Below are positions 1 through 11,900 of a stretch of 64,000 nucleotides of DNA, piece after piece (position 1 is the stretch's first letter; each line of letters begins with the position of its first letter). Position numbers and translations under genes: made by a program. The notes beneath the pieces were generated by a model that saw nothing but the letters and a program-made list of their open reading frames with translations, was not told the DNA's origin and searched no databases. Source of the DNA: Haplodiscus bocki (taxonomy: Eukaryota); contig OZ296648.1 of assembly GCA_965655095.1 (NCBI GenBank), positions 22,940,001 through 23,004,000 on the forward strand, in the 5' to 3' direction.

Positions 1-650
1 TGTGATTTTTTGCTGGACGCATACGGTAGGTTCAAAAATTTGAGAATATTGAGCTCAGAAACTTGTGTTGCGGTTAAGCAAGCACTTCAACATGCATCAA
101 TTGTACGACACTGCAAACAAATGAAAATGGCTGATATGACCTCTAGCAGTCACACTTCCAACCTTTGACATCGTTGTCAACTGGTTTCGCGATGAAAGTT
201 GGAGAGTTAGAAGTGTGGTTCTTCGACAAACACCTCCCCGAGCGCGTGAGTAAGCAGACGCATGAAGCAGTAGTTGAAATGAAACGAACTGAACTAATGG
301 GAAACAGCCTACTTGTAAAGAAAATTCATAAACGGTATTTAATGTTTTTTGCTCTGAAAAGTGCTTTCAACAGGCTGCTAAATTATTTTTCATTTATAGA
401 TGAAGCTATGATTGATTAACACGGTCACTATGCAAAACACTATGTTTGGGAAAGGGGCTACAAAAACCGAGAATGATACCATACGATGAATCTTCCCAAA
501 TGCCTGCCCGAAACTGTGGTAGACCACAACCACTTTGCAGCACTCGACGCTACAACCAAATATGTCTGCCACCAGTTACTTTCTCATGCAACCAAAAGAA
601 TTAACCAAGGACAAGAAGTTTTCCTTGAGTACGGCAGCGAAATCTGGAAG
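1..650 (+). pseudogene. Partial divergent B-type monomer (pre-SET/SET N-terminus plus NHS-deleted SET C-terminus)
   Basis: ORF 165-419 VVEMKRTELMGNSLLVKK matches B. ORF 486-668 LDATTKYVCHQLLSHATK...QEVFLEYGSEIW matches the A-type deleted core. Confidence 0.8.
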
Positions 651-789
651 GTTAGTTCATACGCTTAGTTCACAAATGTCATACGCTTAGCATAGCCAAA
701 AAATACGTAGCACCAAAACTCTGGCAAAAGCCATTGAATTTTGGAGCCATGCATTTTTTTCAGTCTCCTCATACGCAAGCTAAAAAATT

Positions 790-872
790 TCTATACGCTT
801 CGAATTCAATTTTTATACGCTTAGATTCCAATTCCATACGCTTAGCCTCAAATTGCATACGTTTAGCCTCAA
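790..872 (+). repeat. CATACGCTTAG-core minisatellite, 21-22-bp period (representative A linker copy)
   Basis: tatacgcttcgaattcaatttt / tatacgcttagattccaattc / catacgcttagcctcaaattg / catacgtttagcctc. Confidence 0.9.
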
Positions 873-1400
873 CCAATCCGAACTTTTTCAGATTGACTGG
901 ATTTGCAATTATGAAGCGAAACTCTAAAGCTTCTATTCAACGTCAAGAGAGACAGGCAGCTCTCGATGCCAAGAGGCTGAGGCAAGATGCAAGCGATGAA
1001 AGTGTGAGTACAAGGGCGGATGGAAACGCTGAGAGCTGATGAATTGAAAAATCGCATTATTGAGGATGAGGTATTCTTGAGCAAACAAAATGGGTGGAGT
1101 CGTCTTACACTGGTTGACAAATTTTTGACATCACCAACAAGACCCCAGCGAATCCCACTGTACTTGGTTTTTGACATCAAATCAAGCCGTAAGAAAACTG
1201 CTAGGGCACCCATTGGCAGAGTCAAAGGAATGCCGGTAGCGCAGCAAGTGGTACCGATAACTCAGTTTATCAAGTCGAGTGTTTACCAAGTTCCTCTAAC
1301 CATACAGTCAACATCTAAACTCCCCCTGGAATATTTTTCTCAGAGTCGCCGTCACTGGTGATGGATGGCCAGCGGTTCACATCGGCACATTTTGAGGAAG

Positions 1401-1459
1401 GTTAGCCTAATTCAAAAATCTCAAGCTTAGTTGAAAATGCTCCAACACAAATTCTTCAG
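1401..1459 (+). other. Putative 59-nt spliceosomal intron of the A monomer (representative copy)
   Basis: GAGGAAG|GTTAGC...ATTCTTCAG|GTCTCGACATC. Removal gives E-E-G-L-D-I-S-V just upstream of MGNGLNAKKSFRK, comparable to SETD8 EEGMKIDLIDGKGRG. Confidence 0.6.
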
Positions 1460-1937
1460 GTCTCGACATCTCAGTTGCTCGCGTGTTCGCAACTAATGGG
1501 AAACGGCCTAAATGCAAAGAAGAGCTTCAGAAAAATTAAGTACTGTTTTTTTGATCTGATAAGTGCTTTCAACAGGCTGCTAAATTAACTTTCATTTATA
1601 GATGAATCAATGATTGACTAACACGGTCACTATGCAAAACACCATGTTTGAGAAAGGGGACACAAAAACCAACAAACAGACCAACCGATGACTCTTCCCA
1701 AAGGCCTGCCCGGCACAGTGGTAGAGGACAACCACTTTGCAGCAGTCGACGCCACGTCCAAATATGTCTGCCACGTTATTCCCCGTTGGCAGATACATCA
1801 ATCACAACAGCCAGCTTAACTTTATACACGTAGCATACCGGACACCAGTTGGGTTTGACCTCATTGTCTTTCATGCAACCAAGAGAAATAACCACGGACA
1901 AGAACTTTTCTTTGAATACGGCAGCGAGTTTTGGAAT

Positions 1938-2818
1938 GTTAGTTCATACGTTTACTTCAAAAATCTCATACGCTCAGCATACCCAAAAAAGCTTAGCACC
2001 AAGACTCAATGGCAGACACTATTGAGTTTAAGCGTTTGCTGATTTTTTCACTCTCAAACAATCAGCCAAAAAGTTTCCATACGCTTCGACTTCAACTTCA
2101 TACGCTCAGCCTTATATTGCATACACTTAGGTTTTTCGCTGGACGCATACGGTTAGTTCAAGAAACTTATACGCTTACTTGTTCCAGAGAAGTGAGCAAT
2201 TATGAGAATAATGAGCTCCAGAAACATGTTCTGCGGTTAAGCAAGCGTTTCAATCTGCATCAATCGTAGGACACCGACAAACGATTGAAATTGGCTGATA
2301 GGACATCTAGCAATCTCACTTCCAACCTTTGACACCGTTGTCAACTGGTTTCGCGATGAAAGTTGGGAGTTAGAAGCGCGTTTCTTCGACAAAAGCCTTT
2401 CCCAACCGCGTGAGCAAGAAGATGCATGATGCACTAGTTGAAAGAAAACGAACAGAACTAAAGGGAAACAGCCTATTTTCGAAGAAGAGTTTTAGAAAGG
2501 GTAATTACTGTTTTTTTTTGCTCTGATAATTGCTTTCAACAGGCTGCTAAATTAACTTTCATTTATAGATGAAGCAATGATTGACTAACACGGTCACTGT
2601 GCAAAAACCATGTATGGGAAAGGGGCCAAAAAAGCCGAGAAACAGACCATACGATGAAGCTTCCCAAATGGCTGCCCGGCACTGTGGTAGACCACAACCA
2701 CTTTGAAGCACTCGACGCTACAACCAAATATGTCTGCCACCAGTTACTTTCTCATGCAACCAAAAGAATTAACCAAGGACAAGAACTTTTCCTTGAGTAT
2801 GGCAATGAATTCTGGAAG
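1938..2818 (+). pseudogene. Most divergent B-like monomer; keeps candidate splice sites lost elsewhere, but has the NHS deletion
   Basis: Acceptor TTGTTCCAG ends at 2187. Frameshifted exon reads EVSNYENNELQKHVLRLSKRF...LPTFDTVVNWFRDESWELEARFFDK...KRTELKGNSLFSKKSFRK. Donor G|GTAATT at 2501. Confidence 0.75.
2501..2568 (+). other. Putative 68-nt phase-1 intron splitting the SET domain
   Basis: AGAAAGG|GTAATT...TTTCATTTATAG|ATGAAGCAATGATTGACTAACACGGT splices to R-K-D-E-A-M-I-D-*-H-G, aligning with SETD8 RGDFVVEYHG. Confidence 0.7.
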
Positions 2819-5800
2819 GTTAGTTCATACGCTTAGTTCAAGAATGTCATACGCTTAGCATAGCCAAAAAATACGTAGCACCAAAACTCTGGCTAAAGCA
2901 ATTGAATTTTGGAGCCATGCATTTTTTTCAGTCTCCTCATACGCAAGCTAAAAAAGTTCTATACGCTTCGAATGCAATTTTCATACGCTTAGATTCCAAT
3001 TCCATACGCTTAGCCTCAAATTGCATACGTTTAGCCTCAACCAATCCGAGCGTTTTCAGATTGACTGGATTTGCAATTATGAAGCGAAACTCTAAAGCTT
3101 CTATTCAACGTCAAGAGAGACAGGCAGCTCTCGATGCCAAGAGGCTGAGGCAAGATGCAAGCGATGAAAGTGTGAGTACAAGGGCGGATGGAAACGCTGA
3201 GAGCTTATGAATTGAAAAATCGCATTATTGAGGATGAGGTATTCTTGAGCAAACAAAATTGGTGGAGTCGTCTTACACTGGTTGACAAATTTTTGACATC
3301 ACCAACAAGACCCCAGCGAATCCCACTGTACTTGGTTTTTGACATCAAATCAAGCCGGAAGAAAACTGCTAGGGCACCAGGGCACCCATTGGCACAGTCA
3401 AAGGAATGGCGGTAGCGCAGCAAGTGGTACCGATAACTCAGTTTATCAAGTCGAGTATTTACCAAGTTCCTCTAACCATACAGTCAACATCTAAACTCCC
3501 CCTGGAATATTTTTTTCAGAGTCGCCGTCACTGGTGATGGATGGCCAGCGGTTCACATCGGCACATTTTGAGGAAGGTTAGCATAATTCAAAAATCTCAT
3601 AAGCTTAGTTGAAAATGCTCCAACAAAAATTTTTCAGGTCTCGATATCTCAGTTGCTCGCTTGTTCGCAACTAATGGGAAACGGCCTAAATGCAAAGAAG
3701 AGCTTCAGAAAATATAAGTGCTGTTTTTTTGCTCTGATAAGTGCTTTCAACAGGCTGCTAAATTACCTTTCATTTATAGATGAAGCAATGATTGACTAAC
3801 ACGGTCACTATGCAAAACACCATGTTTGAGAAAGGGGCCACAAAAACCAACAAGCAGACCATACGATGAAGCTTCCCAAATGCCTGCCCGGCACTGTGGT
3901 AGACCACAACCACTTTGCAGCACTCGACGCTACAACCAAATATGTCTGCCACCAGTTACTTTCTCATGCAACCAAAAGAATTACCCAAGGAAAAGACCTT
4001 TTCCTTGAGTACGGCAGCGAATTCTGGAAGGTTAGTTCATACGCTTAGTTCAAGAATGTCATACGCTTAGCATAGCCAAAAAATACGTAACACCAAAACT
4101 CTGGCTAAAGCCATTGAATTTTGGAGCCATGCATTTTTTTCAGTCTCCTCATACGCAAGCTAAAAAATTTCTATACGCTTCGAATTCAATTTTTATACGC
4201 TTAGATTCCAATTCCATACGCTTAGCCTCAAATTGCATACATTTAGCCTCAACCAATCCAAACTTTTTCAGATTGACTGGATTTGCAATTATGAAGCGAA
4301 ACTCTAAAGCTTCTATTCAACTTCAAGAGAGACAGGCAGCTCTCGATGCCAAGAGGCTGAGGCAAGATGCAAGCGATGAAAGTGTGAGTACAAGGGCGGA
4401 TGGAAACGCTGAGAGCTGATGAATTGAAAAATCGCATTACTGAGGATGAGGTATTCTTGAGCAAACAAAATGGGTGGAGTCGTCTTACACTGGTTGACAA
4501 CTTTTTGACATCACCAACAAGACCCCAGCGAATCCCACTGTACTTGGTTTTTGACATCAAATCAAGCCGGAAGAAAACTGCTAGGGCACCAGGGCACCCA
4601 TTGGCACAGTCAAAGGAATGGCGGTAGCGCAGCAAGTGGTACCGATAACTCAGTTTATCAAGTCGAGTATTTACCAAGTTCCTCTAACCATACAGTCAAC
4701 ATCTAAACTCCCCCTGGAATATTTTTTTCAGAGTCGCCGTCACTGGTGATGGATGGCCAGCGGTTCACATCGGCACATTTTGAGGAAGGTTAGCATAATT
4801 CAAAAATCTCATAAGCTTAGTTGAAAATGCTCCAACAAAAATTTTTCAGGTCTCGATATCTCAGTTGCTCGCTTGTTCGCAACTAATGGGAAACGGCCTA
4901 AAAGCAAAGAAGAGCTTCAGAAAATATAAGTGCTGTTTTTTTGCTCTGATAAGTGCTTTCAACAGGCTGCTAAATTACCTTTCATTTATAGATGAAGCAA
5001 TGATTGACTAACACGGTCACTATGCAAAACACCATGTTTGAGAAAGGGGCCACAAAAACCAACAAGCAGACCATACGATGAAGCTTCCCAAATGCCTGCC
5101 CGGCACTGTGGTAGACCACAACCACTTTGCAGCACTCGACGCTACAACCAAATATGTCTGCCACCAGTTACTTTCTCATGCAACCAAAAGAATTACCCAA
5201 GGAAAAGACCTTTTCCTTGAGTACGGCAGCGAATTCTGGAAGGTTAGTTCATACGCTTAGTTCAAGAATGTCATACGCTTAGCATAGCCAAAAAATACGT
5301 AACACCAAAACTCTGGCTAAAGCCATTGAATTTTGGAGCCATGCATTTTTTTCAGTCTCCTCATACGCAAGCTAAAAAATTTCTATACGCTTCGAATTCA
5401 ATTTTTATACGCTTAGATTCCAATTCCATACGCTTAGCCTCAAATTGCATACATTTAGCCTCAACCAATCCAAACTTTTTCAGATTGACTGGATTTGCAA
5501 TTATGAAGCGAAACTCTAAAGCTTCTATTCAACTTCAAGAGAGACAGGCAGCTCTCGATGCCAAGAGGCTGAGGCAAGATGCAAGCGATGAAAGTGTGAG
5601 TACAAGGGCGGATGGAAACGCTGAGAGCTGATGAATTGAAAAATCGCATTACTGAGGATGAGGTATTCTTGAGCAAACAAAATGGGTGGAGTCGTCTTAC
5701 ACTGGTTGACAACTTTTTGACATCACCAACAAGACCCCAGCGAATCCCACTGTACTTGGTTTTTGACATCAAATCAAGCCGGAAGAAAACTGCTAGGGCA

Positions 5801-8800
5801 CCAGGGCACCCATTGGCACAGTCAAAGGAATGGCGGTAGCGCAGCAAGTGGTACCGATAACTCAGTTTATCAAGTCGAGTATTTACCAAGTTCCTCTAAC
5901 CATACAGTCAACATCTAAACTCCCCCTGGAATATTTTTTTCAGAGTCGCCGTCACTGGTGATGGATGGCCAGCGGTTCACATCGGCACATTTTGAGGAAG
6001 GTTAGCCTAATTCAAAAATCTCAAATCTTAGTTGAAAATGCTCCCACACAAATTTTTCAGGTCTCGACATCTCAGTTGCTCGCTTGTTCACAACTAATGG
6101 GAAACGGCCTAAATGCAAAGAAGAGCTTCAGAAAAATTAAGTACTGTTTTTTTGATCTGATAAGTGCTTTCAACAGGCTGCTAAATTACCTTTTATTTAT
6201 AGATGAAGCAATGATTGACTAACACGGTCACTATGCAAAACACCATGTTTGAGAAAGGGGCCACAAAAACCAACAAACAGACCATCCGATCACTCTTCCC
6301 AAAGGCCTGCCCGGCAAAGTGGTAGAGGACAACCACTTTGCAGCAGTCGACGCCACGTCCAAATATGTCTGCCACCAGTTACTTTCTCATTCAACCAGAA
6401 GAATTAACCAAGGACAAGAACTTTTCCTTGAGTATGGCAGCGAATTCTGGAAGGTTAGTTCATACGCTTAGTTCACAAATGTAATACGCTTAGCATAGCC
6501 AAAAAAAAGTAGCACCAAAACTCTGGCTAAAGCCATTGCATCTTGGAGCCATGCATTTTTTTCAGTCTCCTCATACGCAAGCTAAAAAATTTCTATACGC
6601 TTCGAATTCAATTTTTATACGCTTAGATTCCAATTCCATACGCTTAGCCTCAAATTGCATACATTTAGCCTCAACCAATCCAAACTTTTTCAGATTGACT
6701 GGATTTGCAATTATGAAGCGAAACTCTAAAGCTTCTATTCAACTTCAAGAGAGACAGGCAGCTCTCGATGCCAAGAGGCTGAGGCAAGATGCAAGCGATG
6801 AAAGTGTGAGTACAAGGGCGGATGGAAACGCTGAGAGCTGATGAATTGAAAAATCGCATTACTGAGGATGAGGTATTCTTGAGCAAACAAAATGGGTGGA
6901 GTCGTCTTACACTGGTTGACAACTTTTTGACATCACCAACAAGACCCCAGCGAATCCCACTGTACTTGGTTTTTGACATCAAATCAAGCCGGAAGAAAAC
7001 TGCTAGGGCACCAGGGCACCCATTGGCACAGTCAAAGGAATGGCGGTAGCGCAGCAAGTGGTACCGATAACTCAGTTTATCAAGTCGAGTATTTACCAAG
7101 TTCCTCTAACCATACAGTCAACATCTAAACTCCCCCTGGAATATTTTTTTCAGAGTCGCCGTCACTGGTGATGGATGGCCAGCGGTTCACATCGGCACAT
7201 TTTGAGGAAGGTTAGCCTAATTCAAAAATCTCAAATCTTAGTTGAAAATGCTCCCACACAAATTTTTCAGGTCTCGACATCTCAGTTGCTCGCTTGTTCA
7301 CAACTAATGGGAAACGGCCTAAATGCAAAGAAGAGCTTCAGAAAAATTAAGTACTGTTTTTTTGATCTGATAAGTGCTTTCAACAGGCTGCTAAATTACC
7401 TTTTATTTATAGATGAAGCAATGATTGACTAACACGGTCACTATGCAAAACACCATGTTTGAGAAAGGGGCCACAAAAACCAACAAACAGACCATCCGAT
7501 CACTCTTCCCAAAGGCCTGCCCGGCAAAGTGGTAGAGGACAACCACTTTGCAGCAGTCGACGCCACGTCCAAATATGTCTGCCACCAGTTACTTTCTCAT
7601 TCAACCAGAAGAATTAACCAAGGACAAGAACTTTTCCTTGAGTATGGCAGCGAATTCTGGAAGGTTAGTTCATACGCTTAGTTCACAAATGTAATACGCT
7701 TAGCATAGCCAAAAAAAAGTAGCACCAAAACTCTGGCTAAAGCCATTGCATCTTGGAGCCATGCATTTTTTTCAGTCTCCTCATACGCAAGCTAAAAAAC
7801 TTCTATACGCTTCGAATGCAATTTTCATACGCTTAGATTCCAATTCCATACGCTTAGCCTCAAATTGCATACGTTTAGCCTCAACCAATCCGAGCGTTTT
7901 CAGATTGACTGGATTTGCAATTATGAAGCGAAACTCTAAAGCTTCTATTCAACGTCAAGAGAGACAGGCAGCTCTCGATGCCAAGAGGCTGAGGCAAGAT
8001 GCAAGCGATGAAAGTGTGAGTACAAGGGCGGATGGAAACGCTGACAGCTGATGAATTGAAAAATCGCATTATTGAGGATGAGGTATTCTTGAGCAAACAA
8101 AATGGGTGGAGTCGTCTTACACTGGTTGACAAAATTTTGACATCACCAACAAGACCCCAGCGAATCCCACTGTACTTGGTTTTTGACATCAAATCAAGCC
8201 GGAAGAAAACTGCTAGGGCACCAGGGCACCCATTGGCACAGTCAAAGGAATGGCGGTAGCGCAGCAAGTGGTACCGATAACTCAGTTTATCAAGTCGAGT
8301 ATTTACCAAGTTCCTCTAACCATACAGTCAACATCTAAACTCCCCCTGGAATATTTTTTTCAGAGTCGCCGTCACTGGTGATGGATGGCCAGCGGTTCAC
8401 ATCGGCTCATTTTGAGGAAGGTTAGCCTAATTCAAAAATCTCATAAGCTTAGTTGAAAAAGCTCCAACACAAATTTTTCAGGTCTCGACATCTCAGTTGC
8501 TCGCTTGTTCGCAACTAATGGGAAACGGCCTAAATGCAAAGAAGAGCTTCAGAAAATATAAGTACTGTTTTTTTGCTCTGATAAGTGCTTTCAACAGGCT
8601 GCTAAATTAACTTTCATTTATAGATGAAGCAATGATTGACTAACACGGTCACTATGCAAAACACCATGTTTGAGAAAGGGGCCACAAAAACCAAAAAACA
8701 GACCATACGATGAAGCTTCCCAAATGCCTGCCCGGCACTGTGGTAGACCACAATCACTTTGCAGCACTCGACGCTACAACCAAACATGTCTGCCACCAGT

Positions 8801-8915
8801 TACTTTCTCATTCAACCAAAAGAATTAACCAAGAACTTTTCCTTCAGTACGGCAGCGAATTCTGGAAGGTTAGTTCATACGCTTAGTTCACAAATGTCAT
8901 ACGCTTAGCATAGCC

Positions 8916-8977
8916 AAAAAATACGTAGCACCAAAACTCTGGCTAAAGCCATTGAATTTTGGAGCCATGCATTTTTT
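8916..8977. repeat. Imperfect palindrome in the A linker (representative copy; present in each A monomer)
   Basis: AAAAAATACGTAGCACCAAAACTC vs reverse complement of GAATTTTGGAGCCATGCATTTTTT: 19/24 match, around an inner TGGCT-AA-AGCCA stem. Confidence 0.8.
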
Positions 8978-11900
8978 TCAGTCTCCTCATACGCAAGCTA
9001 AAAAAATTCTATACGCTTCGAATTCAAGTTTTATACGCTTAGATTCCAATTCCATACGCTTAGCCTCAAATTGCATACGTTTAGCCTCAACCAATCCGAA
9101 CTTTTTCAGATTGACTGGATTTGCAATTATGAAGCGAAACTCTAAAGCTTCTATTCAACGTCAAGAGAGACAGGCAGCTCTCGATGCCAAGAGGCTGAGG
9201 CAAGATGCAAGCGATGAAAGTGTGGGGACAAGGGCGGATGGAAACGCTGAGAGCTGATAAATTGAAAAATCGCATTATTGAGGATGAGGTATTCTTGAGC
9301 AAACAAAATGGGTGGAGTCGTCTTACACTGGTTGACAAATTTTTGACATCACAAACAAGACCCCAGCGAATCCCACTGTACTTGGTTTTTGACATCAAAT
9401 CAAGCCGGAAGAAAACTGCTAGGGCACCCATTGGCACAGTCAAAGGAATGCCGGTAGCGCAGCAAGTGGTACCGATAACTCAGTTTATCAAGTCGAGTGT
9501 TTACCAAGTTCCTCTAACCATACAGTCAACATCTAAACTCCCCCTGGAATATTTTTCTCAGAGTCGCCGTCACTGGTGATGGATGGCCAGCGGTTCACAT
9601 CGGCACATTTTGAGGAAGGTTAGCCTAATTCAAAAATCTCAAGCTTAGTTGAAAATGCTCCAACAAAAATTTTTCAGGTCTCGATATCTCAGTTGCTCGC
9701 TTGTTCGCAACTAATGGGAAACGGCCTAAATGCAAAGAAGAGATTCAGAAAATATAAGTGCTGTTTTTTTGCTCTGATAAGTGCTTTCAACAGGCTGCTA
9801 AATTACCTTTCATTTATAGATGAAGCAATGATTGACTAACACGGTCACTATGCAAAACACCATGTTTGAGAAAGGGGCCACAAAAACCAACAAGCAGACC
9901 ATACGATGAAGCTTCCCAAATGCCTGCCCGGCACTGTGGTAGACCACAACCACTTTGCAGCACTCGACGCTACAACCAAATACGTCTGCCACCAGTTACT
10001 TTCTCATGCAACCAAAAGAATTACCCAAGGAAAAGACCTTTTCCTTGAGTACGGCAGCGAATTCTGGAAGGTTAGTTCATACGCTTAGTTCAAGAATGTC
10101 ATACGCTTAGCATAGCCAAAAAATACGTAACACCAAAACTCTGGCTAAAGCCATTGAATTTTGGAGCCATGCATTTTTTTCAGTCTCCTCATACGCAAGC
10201 TAAAAAATTTCTATACGCTTCGAATTCAATTTTTATACTCTTAGATTCCAATTCCATACGCTTAGCCTCAAATTGCATACATTTAGCCTCAACCAATCCA
10301 AACTTTTTCAGATTGACTGGATTTGCAATTATGAAGCGAAACTCTAAAGCTTCTATTCAACGTCAAGAGAGACAGGCAGCTCTCGATGCCAAGAGGCTGA
10401 GGCAAGATGCAAGCGATGAAAGTGTGAGTACAAGGGCGGATGGAAACGCTGAGAGCTGATGAATTGAAAAATCGCATTACTGAGGATGAGGTATTCTTGA
10501 GCAAACAAAATGGGTGGAGTCGTCTTACACTGGTTGACAACTTTTTGACATCACCAACAAGACCCCAGCGAATCCCACTGTACTTGGTTTTTGACATCAA
10601 ATCAAGCCGGAAGAAAACTGCTAGGGCACCAGGGCACCCATTGGCACAGTCAAAGGAATGGCGGTAGCGCAGCAAGTGGTACCGATAACTCAGTTTATCA
10701 AGTCGAGTATTTACCAAGTTCCTCTAACCATACAGTCAACATCTAAACTCCCCCTGGAATATTTTTTTCAGAGTCGCCGTCACTGGTGATGGATGGCCAG
10801 CTGCTCACATCGGCACATTTTGAGGAAGGTTAGCCTAATTCAAAAATCTCAAGCTTAGTTGAAAATGCTCCAACACAAATTTTTCAGGTCTCGACATCTC
10901 AGTTGCTCGCTTGTTCACAACTAATGGGAAACGGCCTAAATGCAAAGAAGAGCTTCAGAAAAATTAAGTACTGTTTTTTTTGATCTGATAAGTGCTTTCA
11001 ACAGGCTGCTAAATTACCTTTTATTTATAGATGAAGCAATGATTGACTAACACGGTAACTATGCAAAACACCATGTTTGAGAAAGGGGCCACAAAAACCA
11101 ACAAACAGACCATCCGATCACTCTTCCCAAAGGCCTGCCCGGCAAAGTGGTAGAGGACAACCACTTTGCAGCAGTCGACGCCACGTCCAAATATGTCTGC
11201 CACCAGTTACTTTCTCATTCAACCAGAAGAATTAACCAAGGACAAGAACTTTTCCTTGAGTATGGCAGCGAATTCTGGAAGGTTAGTTCATACGCTTAGT
11301 TCACAAATGTAATACGCTTAGCATAGCCAAAAAAAGTAGCACCAAAACTCTGGCTAAAGCCATTGCATCTTGGAGCCATGCATTTTTTTCAGTCTCCTCA
11401 TACGCAAGCTAAAAAACTTCTATACGCTTCGAATGCAATTTTCATACGCTTAGATTCCAATTCCATACGCTTAGCCTCAAATTGCATACGTTTAGCCTCA
11501 ACCAATCCGAGCGTTTTCAGATTGACTGGATTTGCAATTATGAAGCGAAACTCTAAAGCTTCTATTCAACGTCAAGAGAGACAGGCAGCTCTCGATGCCA
11601 AGAGGCTGAGGCAAGATGCAAGCGATGAAAGTGTGAGTACAAGGGCGGATGGAAACGCTGACAGCTGATGAATTGAAAAATCGCATTATTGAGGATGAGG
11701 TATTCTTGAGCAAACAAAATGGGTGGAGTCGTCTGACACTGGTTGACAACTTTTTGACATTACCAACAAGACCCCAGCGAATCCCACTGTACTTGGTTTT
11801 TGACATCAAATCAAGCCGGAAGAAAACTGCTAGGGCACCAGGGCACCCATTGGCACAGTCAAAGGAATGGCGGTAGCGCAGCAAGTGGTACCGATAACTC

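Larger units (their letters stand above)
651..1937 (+). pseudogene. A-type monomer (1287 bp) that still retains the RYINH motif
   Basis: A-type 5' exon (MKRNSKAS..., ...RIIEDEVFLSKQNGW...) followed by PVGRYINHNSQLNFIHVAYRTPVGFDLIVFHATKRNNHGQELFFEYGSEFW (ORF 1737-2042). Confidence 0.85.

Noticed and set aside
655-700. Telomeric or interstitial telomeric repeat
   Set aside because: Only the GCTTAG hexamer is shared; no tandem TTAGGC or TTAGG.
790-872. CRISPR array
   Set aside because: 11-bp core with ~10-bp related spacers, identical between monomers, no cas genes, eukaryotic intron signals.
734-1039. 101-aa ORF MNFGAMH...IRLDSNSIRLASNCIRLAS as a real protein
   Set aside because: Starts at TTG, and its IRL repeats are just the translated CATACGCTTAG minisatellite in an intron-like linker.
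2586-2588. TAA reassigned to Tyr (alternative genetic code)
   Set aside because: Several frameshifts and lost splice sites accompany it; one substitution in a pseudogene is simpler.
4249-4677. Recurrent minus-strand ORFs (60-142 aa)
   Set aside because: Antisense shadows with no recognisable motif; recurrence reflects DNA repetition only.
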